From contig DBEA01000013.1 of assembly GCA_002293845.1 (NCBI GenBank), positions 24,273-56,791 on the forward strand: 32,519 bases of DNA. Reading direction: 5' to 3'. The DNA comes from Patescibacteria group bacterium UBA918 (GTDB taxonomy: Bacteria; Patescibacteriota; Minisyncoccia; Phycocordibacterales; UBA918). The notes under the pieces are model-generated. The model made no database searches and was not told the DNA's origin. It saw nothing but the letters and a program-made list of their open reading frames with translations. The position numbers were made by a program, and so were the translations under genes. Of this stretch, positions 1-8,032 are shown piece by piece. How positions within the stretch are numbered: the first letter of the stretch is position 1; each line of letters starts with the position of its first letter.

Positions 1-1092
1 AGCGTCGTTGACGGTCACGGTGGTAGAACCGTCGTCAGACACATCGCCAACGTTAGGGCTGATGGTCACACGATCGGCATTGGTGGTCTCCCAAGAAAGG
101 GTGACGCGATCGCCTTCCTCCACATCGTCATCGCTGACGCGAAGGTATTCACAACGAGGAGCATCATGTTCCACCGGCTTGGTGGTGATGGTAACGGCAC
201 AAGTGTCATTGCCGGTCGCGCCTACGGCCGTGAGGGTGAAGGTTCTGTTGGAATCCACGAACACGTTTTTGGAGCCATTGGCGGATACGGTACCGACGCC
301 GTTGTTGATGCTGACCGAGCTAGCGTCCTTAGTCTCCCAAGATAGGGTGACGGTTTCGCCATCGGGATGAACCACGGTCTTGTTGGCGTTAAGGTAAAGG
401 CACTGAGCCGGCTTTTCGTTCTGAGGCTCTACGGTCACGGTCACGGTACAAGTATCGTTGCCACCGGTACCGACCGCGGTCAAGGTGAAAGTACGAGTCG
501 AAGGCACGAAGACGGTCTTCGAGCCGTCGGCCGAGACGGTACCTACACCGTTGTTGATCGATACTGAAGTGGCATTAGTAGTAGCCCAAGAAAGGGTCAC
601 GTTGCCGCCACCATAAGGAAGAGTGGACTTGTTGCTAGTGAACGAGTCGCAGGTAGCCGGTGTAGTTACCGGAGGCTCCACGGTCACCTTTACGACACAC
701 GTAACGTTCTTGTCATGGAACTGAGGTACCACGGTCATAGTGAACGTGGTGGTCTTGGTCACATGAACGACGGTCGAACCGTTTCGCTCCAAGTTGCCGC
801 TGACGCCAGTGATATTGACGAAGTAGGCACCGGAGGTCTTCCAGGTCAAGGTGACATCGCCACCGCCCTGAGGAAGAGTGTTCGGGCTAGCGGTAAAGGA
901 TACACACTGAGCCGGGTAGCTAACCGGGGGAGTGTCAGGAGACGGAGAGTACCCGCCGTCGGAACCGCCACCGCCGCAACAGCCATCGCCATAACCACCC
1001 GTGTCCCAAGCGAGTACGGTGTTGTTAGGCAATACTACGAAAATTCCAACCGCGATGAACGCAAAAAGGGAAAGCTTTACAATGTTGTTCAT
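1..1092 (-). CDS. Secreted/surface protein with tandem Ig-like repeats (3' end runs off the window)
   Basis: Not in the ORF track. Manual translation from ATG 1092 is open to base 1: MNNIVKLSLFAFIAVGIFVVLPNNTVLA (signal peptide), a Gly/Pro linker, then at least 4 repeats of 82-85 aa (C..F/L...VTLSW.T.NA.SVSI..GVG.V...GS..V.V...TFTLTA......C). Confidence 0.85.
   Translation of the reverse strand, partial: MNNIVKLSLFAFIAVGIFVVLPNNTVLAWDTGGYGDGCCGGGGSDGGYSPSPDTPPVSYPAQCVSFTASPNTLPQGGGDVTLTWKTSGAYFVNITGVSGNLERNGSTVVHVTKTTTFTMTVVPQFHDKNVTCVVKVTVEPPVTTPATCDSFTSNKSTLPYGGGNVTLSWATTNATSVSINNGVGTVSADGSKTVFVPSTRTFTLTAVGTGGNDTCTVTVTVEPQNEKPAQCLYLNANKTVVHPDGETVTLSWETKDASSVSINNGVGTVSANGSKNVFVDSNRTFTLTAVGATGNDTCAVTITTKPVEHDAPRCEYLRVSDDDVEEGDRVTLSWETTNADRVTISPNVGDVSDDGSTTVTVNDA
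91..855 (-). repeat. Intragenic tandem domain repeats, about 250-nt period
   Basis: VTL(S/T)W-encoding blocks start at 91, 337, 586 and 841 (spacings 246, 249, 255). Units 2 and 3 share SVSINNGVGTVSA and RTFTLTAVG. Confidence 0.85.
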
Positions 1093-1182
1093 AAATAATT
1101 TGTTTTACTAATACCACCGGATCATTCCGGATAATGAAGACGAAACCTTCGTTTCGTCACCAACATCCATAATGTTCGTTTG

Positions 1183-1213
1183 GGCGGCCGCGGGACATTG
1201 TCCCGCGGCCGCC
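1183..1213. terminator. GC-rich inverted repeat after the Cys-rich gene
   Basis: GGCGGCCGCGGGACA-T-TGTCCCGCGGCCGCC, 15-bp perfect arms, 4 nt past the stop at 1218. No U-tract on the minus strand. Confidence 0.55.
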
Positions 1214-1217
1214 ATTC

Positions 1218-1646
1218 TTACCAATCGCAACCCAGCTGTTTTTTCCACTGGGCGGCGAGCGCGGCCGGGAATGGAGGCGCATATCCAGCTGCGGCGCACT
1301 GCCGCCACCTGTTCATGTCCTCCCGGAGTTGCCGACAGCACTTGGCACACTCCGCCATCTCCTTTCCGTTCGCGCCCAGTACGTCGTAGGCGCGGCAACG
1401 CCTGGCGTTTCCCTCCTGCTCGCGAGACGCCTTGGCGCAGGACGACGCACTGACCGGACCCCATTGGGGTCCGCCGCGCGCGGCGTCGTCCTGCTCGTGG
1501 GCCTTCCGTTTGACGATCACGACGCAGGAGGCCTGCGCGAGATCGTAGACGAAACCTTTTCGACAGGACTGACCCGCCTCGGCCGAATTGTCGAGGGCAA
1601 GAATTCCGAGGAAGAAAGCCGCGACGGCGGTGAAGAGATTGCGCAT
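1218..1646 (-). CDS. Hypothetical secreted Cys-rich protein (142 aa)
   Basis: Signal peptide ending SAEA, 9 Cys, SD-like AAGGGGG upstream, its own promoter and a downstream hairpin. Confidence 0.75.
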   Translation of the reverse strand: MRNLFTAVAAFFLGILALDNSAEAGQSCRKGFVYDLAQASCVVIVKRKAHEQDDAARGGPQWGPVSASSCAKASREQEGNARRCRAYDVLGANGKEMAECAKCCRQLREDMNRWRQCAAAGYAPPFPAALAAQWKKQLGCDW

Positions 1647-1725
1647 CTGTACGCCCCCTTGGTTTGAGTTGAGAGAGAACTTTGGGTGTTAATCTAATTT
1701 ACATCCAAAAGAACTTTATACTTAT

Positions 1726-1754
1726 ATCTTAGCATATTTGCCCCTAAATGTCAA
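1726..1754 (-). promoter_or_regulatory. Sigma70-type promoter for the Cys-rich gene
   Basis: TTGACA (1754-1749), 17-nt spacer ending TGC, then TAAGAT (1731-1726). Confidence 0.65.
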
Positions 1755-1797
1755 CCCCACTGGGTAGAGCTGAATTTAGGTAGCAAAAAGGCCCTTA

Positions 1798-2469
1798 TTA
1801 TAGGGCCTTTTTGGAGACCAGTACGGCCTCGACGATGAAACGATCTTCTTTGGCGCCGAAGGTGTTACAAGTCGCTAGAGTGAGCTTTTGGCCAGTGGAC
1901 TTGGTCGGAATAGTGACGTTACTGGCCTTGGCCTGGTATACCCTATCCACGCGGTAGGTATATTGATAATCGCGGGAGCGTATTGTAATGGTGTCACCCC
2001 ACTCGAGGTTTTGAATGCCGTTGAAAGCCTGATAGTTCTTGTTGAAGACGTTCTTGAGGTAGCTAGAGTGACCCAAGATAAGCATGTTGCCATTCTGCTC
2101 GTTTAGATCGGCGGAGTCTGGATGACGTACCACACCCTTTAAAAGCGCGGCGTCGAGGTCGGCGACGGAACGAGAGGTCGGATTAAGGACGTTGATCGTG
2201 CGACCCAAGCTGTCGAGAGTGATGCTGACAGGATACGGCTCGTTCCAAGTAGTGGCCGGTTCGATCTCGGTCTCTTTTTCGACCTCCTGATCTACAGTTT
2301 CCTTTACGATAGGGATAGAAGAAGTAGCCGCCTCGTCGGTCTTTACCGGTTCGGGAACGAAATCGATGTAGTAGAGAAAGCCGTAGCCGATCGACATCAC
2401 TACGAAGAAAACTCCGAGGAAGGCCCCGGCTCTAGGTATGATCTCGTCCACCAAGCGGTTGATGTTCAT
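1798..2469 (-). CDS. Sortase family protein
   Basis: N-terminal TM helix; catalytic His (ILGHSS), Cys (LTLATC) and Arg (EDRFIV). Start moved to ATG 2469 because the ORF-track GTG lies inside the promoter. Confidence 0.9.
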   Translation of the reverse strand: MNINRLVDEIIPRAGAFLGVFFVVMSIGYGFLYYIDFVPEPVKTDEAATSSIPIVKETVDQEVEKETEIEPATTWNEPYPVSITLDSLGRTINVLNPTSRSVADLDAALLKGVVRHPDSADLNEQNGNMLILGHSSYLKNVFNKNYQAFNGIQNLEWGDTITIRSRDYQYTYRVDRVYQAKASNVTIPTKSTGQKLTLATCNTFGAKEDRFIVEAVLVSKKAL

Positions 2470-2478
2470 GTGAGTCAT

Positions 2479-2606
2479 ATAATACACGAAATAAGTGGTT
2501 TGTCAAGGTGGCATATTCATCTCGCTGATGCATGATAGACGCAGTTGTGCCCTCAAGAAGGTTTTCAAGAATGTTTTCTTGACAAATCTATATTATTATG
2601 TATTAT
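2479..2606. promoter_or_regulatory. Divergent promoter pair (sortase / CARDB-like gene)
   Basis: Minus strand TTGACA(2506-2501)-N16-TATTAT(2484-2479); plus strand TTGACA(2579-2584)-N16-TATTAT(2601-2606). Confidence 0.6.
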
Positions 2607-2641
2607 ATCCGGCATTCTTTAACAAAGCCGAATCAATTCCT

Positions 2642-3403
2642 ATGAACGAGATGAATCGAGAAGAGAGTCCATTGGCCAATTTCATGGCCGCCGTGGGCCT
2701 TGTGGTCATGATCTGCCTTTTGGCCTGGCTGGCCGTGCAGTTCGTACGTCTGGTACCGAGCGTGTTTTCGAAGTTGGCCGCCGTGTTCGAAGAGAATCAG
2801 CGCGAGCTACAGGAGAAAGCCGATGACAATGAAGTGGTGGTGGTCAATGACGGTAGCAATGATTCCGAGGGATCTGATATCGAGGGAGAGACCCCTACCA
2901 GTGGTTCTGATACGAAGGTCGACGACGAGATCGTCAAGGATTCGGATTCGACCTCTGTCGTTCCAGAGAGTAAGCCGACGACTCCGACTCCCGCGCCGGT
3001 GACTTACAAAACCGTTGTTACCTACAAGCAGCCCGTATCTGACCCTAACGGATATGTCGACCTTTTCGCCAGCTTCGCTGCCGTCGGTACCATGACAGCA
3101 AACGGTAGATTCTTGGCCGCGGATCACCTCAATGAGGACGAACCCGGCGCTTTCCAATTCAAAGTGAAGAACAACGGTACTAAGACCTCGGGTGAGTGGC
3201 GTTTCAAGATCGAATTGCCGAACGGCAATGAGATCGAGTCACAGCCTCAGAGGCCGCTTGGGCCGAGCGAAACCTCCACTCTCACCATCGCTTTCGATGG
3301 TATCGAAGATCGAAATGATCGCGATATCAGCATCGAGGTCACCACTAATGGCGACATAAACACGACCAACAACAGTTTCAAGGTGCGCGTAGATGTGAAG
3401 TAA
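2642..3403 (+). CDS. Membrane-anchored protein with low-complexity linker and C-terminal CARDB/Ig-like domain
   Basis: TM helix near the N-terminus, acidic/Thr/Pro linker, then DL...FKVKNNGTK.SG.W.F...DINTTNN (CARDB-like). ATG 2642 lies downstream of the promoter. Confidence 0.75.
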   Translation: MNEMNREESPLANFMAAVGLVVMICLLAWLAVQFVRLVPSVFSKLAAVFEENQRELQEKADDNEVVVVNDGSNDSEGSDIEGETPTSGSDTKVDDEIVKDSDSTSVVPESKPTTPTPAPVTYKTVVTYKQPVSDPNGYVDLFASFAAVGTMTANGRFLAADHLNEDEPGAFQFKVKNNGTKTSGEWRFKIELPNGNEIESQPQRPLGPSETSTLTIAFDGIEDRNDRDISIEVTTNGDINTTNNSFKVRVDVK

Positions 3404-3411
3404 GTGTGCAG

Positions 3412-3455
3412 GACGCGCAAAAAGGGCCGGCGATAGCCGGCCCTTTTTGCGCGTC
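3412..3455. terminator. Bidirectional intrinsic terminator
   Basis: GACGCGCAAAAAGGGCCGGC-GATA-GCCGGCCCTTTTTGCGCGTC, 20-bp perfect arms with A/T tracts, between convergent genes. Confidence 0.9.
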
Positions 3456-3460
3456 AGAGA

Positions 3461-5515
3461 CTAAATATCCAAATTGGCCATTCTAGCGTTCGATTGGATA
3501 AACGACTTTCGGTTGGCGACGTCGGTACCCATCAGAATGTCGAACACCCGATCGGCCTCCTCCGCGTCTTCGATCTTTACCTGCTTCAAGACGCGATTCT
3601 CCGGATTCATGGTGGTCTCCCAAAGTTCCTCGGCGTTCATTTCGCCCAGACCCTTGTAGCGTTGGATACGCATTTTCGATGACTTTTTGGCGGCGACTTC
3701 TACCTCCACTGATTCTTCTCCTTCCTCGGGCGCTTCTTCGGTCTCTTCTACTTCAGCCTCATCGCCGACGATACCGAATTTCTCGGCGTCGGTGTAGGCG
3801 TAGTGCACCTCCTTCCCCTTCTGGATCTTGTAGAGTGGCGGTTGGGCGATATAGATATAACCTCCCTCAATGAGCGGTCGGAAATGACGGAAGAACAAGG
3901 TGAGCAAAAGAGTACGGATATGAGCACCATCGACATCGGCGTCGGTGGCGATGATCAGCTTGTGATAACGTAGGCGACCGACATCAAAGACATCGCCGAT
4001 CGCCGTGCCAAGCGCCACGACCAAGTTCTTGATCTGCTCGCTGGCTAACATCTTATCAAGACGCGCGCGCTCGACGTTTAATATCTTGCCTCGTAGCGGT
4101 AATACCGCCTGCGTCTTGCGGTCGCGACCCATTTTGGCCGAACCGCCGGCCGAGTCTCCCTCCACGATGAAAAGTTCGGAATCTTCGGCTCGCTTGGACT
4201 GACAGTCGGCAAGCTTACCAGGGAGAGACATGCCCTCGAGAGCTCCCTTGCGAAGCACGCTGTCCTTGGCCGCTTTGGCCGCCTTGCGGGCCTTGACCGC
4301 GATCGTCACCTTGCCGATGATGGCCTTGGCGTCATCCGGGTTCTCCTCTAGGAAAGTACTGAAGGCGTCGCTGAAAACCGACTCCACGGCGCCTCGTGCC
4401 TCGACGCTACCGAGTTTAGCCTTTGTCTGTCCCTCAAACTGAATCTCTGGCATTTTGACCGACACTACCGCCGTGATGCCTTCGAGCACGTCCTCCCCGG
4501 TAAAAGCATCATCCTTCTCCTTTAAGTATCCGTTTTTGCGCGCGTGGTTGTTGAGCGTGCGGGTCAGTGCGGTTTTGAAACCGGTGATGTGCGTGCCGTG
4601 CTCAGGATTGAAGATATTGTTCGCAAAAGCGGACACGCGCGGACTGATGTCGTCGGCGTACTGCAAAGCCACTTCTACCGAATAGACGTTGGGGGCCGCT
4701 TCCAATTTCTCCACGTAGAAAATGTTCTTATGGATCGGTTTCAAATGCTGGTTATTGAAAGCTACCAGAGAACGAAGCCCCTCCTCGAAATAAAAGGTCA
4801 TCGAAGGCGCTTCGATCGAAAGGTCTCCCAGATACATTTGTCCTCTCGGGTCGAGACGGTCGAGGCTCTTTTCCGAAAGTTCGCGCGCATCGATGACAGT
4901 GATGCGGAGCGCTTTCACCAAATACGCCTGTTGACGCAAGTGGTTCACGATACGCTTGTAGTCATACTTGATCTCCGGGAAGATCTTAGCGTCGGCTTTG
5001 AAAGTGATAATAGTGCCATGGAGATCGGATTTGCCGACTTTCTTGACATTGTATTTAGGCTTGCCGATCGAATACTCCTGCATGTAGTAGCCGTCGTCTC
5101 GATGTACCTCGGCGATCATGTGTTCTGAGAGCGCGTTCACCACCGACGAACCCACGCCGTGGAGACCGCCGGAAACTTTGTAACCACTGTCCTCGCCGCC
5201 GAACTTGCCGCCGGCATGAAGAGTGCAGAGAATAGTCTCCAGCGCCGAGACGCCGGTCTGCTTATGCTTGTCCACCGGGATACCACGGCCATTGTCAGCG
5301 ACGCGAATGTAGTCGTCGGGAAGAAGGGTCACTTCAATACGATCAGCGTGACCGCCCATGGCCTCGTCGCGGGAGTTGTCGAAGATCTCCCAGATGAGGT
5401 GGTGGAGACCATCCGGGCCGGTGGTGCCGATGTACATGCCTGGACGCTTGCGGACGGGTTCTAGACCCTCAAGCACGCTGATCGAAGAAGCGTCGTAATT
5501 CCCTTTTTTAGCCAT
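3461..5515 (-). CDS. gyrB: DNA gyrase subunit B
   Basis: LEGLEPVRKRPGMYIG, DNGRGIP, LHAGGKF, SGGLHGVG, EGDSAGG, PLRGKILN, DADVDG, QRYKGLGEM. Confidence 0.97.
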   Translation of the reverse strand: MAKKGNYDASSISVLEGLEPVRKRPGMYIGTTGPDGLHHLIWEIFDNSRDEAMGGHADRIEVTLLPDDYIRVADNGRGIPVDKHKQTGVSALETILCTLHAGGKFGGEDSGYKVSGGLHGVGSSVVNALSEHMIAEVHRDDGYYMQEYSIGKPKYNVKKVGKSDLHGTIITFKADAKIFPEIKYDYKRIVNHLRQQAYLVKALRITVIDARELSEKSLDRLDPRGQMYLGDLSIEAPSMTFYFEEGLRSLVAFNNQHLKPIHKNIFYVEKLEAAPNVYSVEVALQYADDISPRVSAFANNIFNPEHGTHITGFKTALTRTLNNHARKNGYLKEKDDAFTGEDVLEGITAVVSVKMPEIQFEGQTKAKLGSVEARGAVESVFSDAFSTFLEENPDDAKAIIGKVTIAVKARKAAKAAKDSVLRKGALEGMSLPGKLADCQSKRAEDSELFIVEGDSAGGSAKMGRDRKTQAVLPLRGKILNVERARLDKMLASEQIKNLVVALGTAIGDVFDVGRLRYHKLIIATDADVDGAHIRTLLLTLFFRHFRPLIEGGYIYIAQPPLYKIQKGKEVHYAYTDAEKFGIVGDEAEVEETEEAPEEGEESVEVEVAAKKSSKMRIQRYKGLGEMNAEELWETTMNPENRVLKQVKIEDAEEADRVFDILMGTDVANRKSFIQSNARMANLDI

Positions 5516-5516
5516 A

Positions 5517-5637
5517 CCCAGTAGTGAAAATCGGCATCGCGCTGACGCGCAATATAGCAATTAAATTTATTGACTTTTCTCTTCCCTGAGTCGATTTTTT
5601 CAGCCCGACTACAGTCATGCCGATTTCTACTACCGGG
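5517..5637. repeat. 121-bp unit with 21-bp imperfect terminal inverted repeats abutting the gyrB start
   Basis: CCCAGTAGTGAAAATCGGCAT (5517-5537) vs ATGCCGATTTCTACTACCGGG (5617-5637), 18/21 complementary; ATA on both flanks. Confidence 0.7.
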
Positions 5638-5665
5638 ATAAGAAAAGCGCTGATTAAGCTCCTAT

Positions 5666-5674
5666 ATTATAGCA
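5666..5674 (-). promoter_or_regulatory. Extended -10 promoter upstream of gyrB
   Basis: TGC-TATAAT on the minus strand. Confidence 0.55.
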
Positions 5675-5770
5675 TATCTATCGGGAAAAAACTCGCTAAT
5701 TTAAACAGAAAAACTTGAACTTTTTGGCCATTTGTGACAGATTTGCGGTCGGATAAATCGGAGGTTTGAA

Positions 5771-6148
5771 ATGTACTACAAAATGACGTGCCCCGCCAAG
5801 GGTGGTCGAGAATTTCTGATCGGAATTCGAACCGCTATGGCTGTCGATACATGTTTCCTGGTAGAAGCAGAGGCCGACTGGTCACCCATCGGTGGTGACT
5901 GTATAAGTCAGAGACTAGATCAATGCCTTGCCCGAAAAAATCCAGACGACAGTGATCCGGTGCCTATTTTGCAGAACTATGGCCATTTGATGCTGGCTGC
6001 GTTTACCGAGAAGCAGTTGCATCAGGCGTATCACATCGCCAAGCGATTTAAAATTTCGGAGTTCGGTCCACAGCTCCGCCTCGACAAACTCCGGGTATGG
6101 AAACGCAATGAAAAGGGGGGATGGCTTCCGATCGACTATCCTACCTGA
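5771..6148 (+). CDS. Hypothetical protein (125 aa)
   Basis: ATG preceded by GGAGGT at 5-nt spacing; fills the gyrB-pheT gap; 8-nt convergent overlap with pheT. No recognised motif. Confidence 0.65.
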   Translation: MYYKMTCPAKGGREFLIGIRTAMAVDTCFLVEAEADWSPIGGDCISQRLDQCLARKNPDDSDPVPILQNYGHLMLAAFTEKQLHQAYHIAKRFKISEFGPQLRLDKLRVWKRNEKGGWLPIDYPT

Positions 6149-8030
6149 CCTCATATCCACGCTCGCGGACGGCTTGGTAGATTCCATCCATGATGGCATC
6201 CACCGCGCCGCCCTCGAGCGTTTTTTCTTTGGATTGAAACACTAATCTGAAAGCGTAGGACACCCTACCGTCTTTTTCGAATTGATCGAACAACGTCGCG
6301 CGGACACACAATGGACCGGCTTTTTCTTTAAGAAGCGCGGTGATGTCGCTCGAAGCGGTACCAGCCGGTACCCACATGGCTATATCTCTAGAGACGGCCG
6401 GATATACTGAGTATGGCTGGTAGGTAGCGTCGATCGGAGTCGGAGCCGGCTGGTATGTCTGTACTGGCGGCAATTTTGGCAATATGGCGCCGAGATCCAC
6501 CTCGCATACAGCATTATCGCCTTGAAGGACCACCGCAACTCCTAAAGCTTCGCTCAGGGCCGACACCGCCTCGCTGATGGCCGGATCATCCGTTTTGGCC
6601 TTATATCCGCTCGGACTCTGCGCACCAAGGCAGAGCATAGATCGCTCCCCTTCCTCGCTGAACACTGTGCCGATCTCGAACAGTTTGATCTGGCGCAAAC
6701 CCAAGACATCGGCGTTAGGCGCGTTCTTTTGCAAAGCCTCCGTCATGTTCGATCGCAGCGTACTGCGCAAATAACCCTTGTCCGCGGCGAAAGCGTTGGC
6801 AAGTTTTACCTCGTCATATTCACGGAAAGAACTGGTGTAGATCTCGGAAAAATCTAGACCGGTCAATGTCTCGCGGATCGATTCCGTGTAGTAAAAACGC
6901 TGATTTACTTCTTTTAGTGGTTCAGGTTCCGGAGTCACGGCCATCACGTGCTCATAGCCATAAACGCGACCGATCTCCTCAATGACATCCTCGGCGATCG
7001 CAAGGTCGGTCCTTTCGAAGGGCGAGATCACGGTGAAATTCTCACCATCCATCTCGTACTTCCAGCCGAACCGATCGAAAATGTCGGTCACGTCACTCGT
7101 GGCCAAATCGACTCCCAGAACACTATTTATCTTGGACAGATCGAGAGAGACCGTTCGATTCTTGGTGTCGTCGGCAACGTCGGTCTCAGTGTAACCGACA
7201 AGTTCTCCACCGGCCACTTTGAGCACCAATTTCACGACAGCCTGAATTCCGAAAGGCACCATTTCAGGCACGATGCCGTTTTCGTAACGCGCCGAGGCGT
7301 CAGAGCGTAGTTTGAGCCTCTGGGCGCCCTTTCTGGTCGACACCGGATCCCAGTTCGCCACTTCGACGACGATATCGGTCGTAGCGTCAGTGATACCCGA
7401 GTTTTTCCCGCCTTTGATGCCGGCTATCGAAAGCGCTCGGCCGTCTAGGGAGGAGATCAACGTGTCATCTTTGGTGAACGTGTACTCGTTTTCATCGAGC
7501 GCGGCCAACTTCTCGCCGTCTTTGGCCGGTCGTACCAAAATACCACCAGGGAGATTCTTGGCATCAAACGCATGCGATGGCTGTCCCAGATCGAACATGA
7601 CGTAATTCGAAGCGTCGACGATGTTGTTGATGGATCGCTGACCGATGGCTTCGAGCGCGGTCTTTAGCCAATCGGGCGATGGGGCGACCTTGACGCCGCG
7701 AATCAGGGCCGCCGCGAAGCGGCGGCAATTAGGGCTTTCGATCTTTATGACGATCTTGTCTGTCTTCGGTTCGAGGACCGGCTTTATGGCGAGCGGGTCG
7801 TCTTTCAGGGGGAGATTCAAAATCACCGACAGATCCTTGGCGATGCCGCGATGCGATAAGGCCCACATGGATTTATCCGGCAAAACTTTGACATCGAGAA
7901 CAGTGTCCGAGCCCACTTTTTCCGCTTCTTCTATCTCCCAAGCATGAAAGGTAAGCTTCTCGACTAACACTTCCGCTGTCGGAAGCTGACCATGGAAATA
8001 TCTATTGAGCCAGTTGTAGGAGACCTTCAT
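6141..8030 (-). CDS. pheT: Phenylalanine-tRNA ligase beta subunit (short form)
   Basis: MKVSYNWL start, B3/4 (SINNIVDASNYVM..LGQPSHAFD), B5 (RTDL..AEDVIEEIGRVYGY), C-terminal FDX-ACB (YPAVSRDIA...LFDQF...SYAFRLVFQS). Confidence 0.95.
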   Translation of the reverse strand: MKVSYNWLNRYFHGQLPTAEVLVEKLTFHAWEIEEAEKVGSDTVLDVKVLPDKSMWALSHRGIAKDLSVILNLPLKDDPLAIKPVLEPKTDKIVIKIESPNCRRFAAALIRGVKVAPSPDWLKTALEAIGQRSINNIVDASNYVMFDLGQPSHAFDAKNLPGGILVRPAKDGEKLAALDENEYTFTKDDTLISSLDGRALSIAGIKGGKNSGITDATTDIVVEVANWDPVSTRKGAQRLKLRSDASARYENGIVPEMVPFGIQAVVKLVLKVAGGELVGYTETDVADDTKNRTVSLDLSKINSVLGVDLATSDVTDIFDRFGWKYEMDGENFTVISPFERTDLAIAEDVIEEIGRVYGYEHVMAVTPEPEPLKEVNQRFYYTESIRETLTGLDFSEIYTSSFREYDEVKLANAFAADKGYLRSTLRSNMTEALQKNAPNADVLGLRQIKLFEIGTVFSEEGERSMLCLGAQSPSGYKAKTDDPAISEAVSALSEALGVAVVLQGDNAVCEVDLGAILPKLPPVQTYQPAPTPIDATYQPYSVYPAVSRDIAMWVPAGTASSDITALLKEKAGPLCVRATLFDQFEKDGRVSYAFRLVFQSKEKTLEGGAVDAIMDGIYQAVRERGYEVR

Positions 8031-8032
8031 GA

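Noticed and set aside
8-1098. Plus-strand ORFs at 8-370, 367-567 and 715-1098
   Set aside because: Antisense shadows of the minus-strand Ig-repeat gene that the ORF track missed.
1130-1160. Hammerhead-like ATGA...CGAAAC...GTC string
   Set aside because: No CUGANGA core and no stem II; the GAAAC is part of a simple hairpin.
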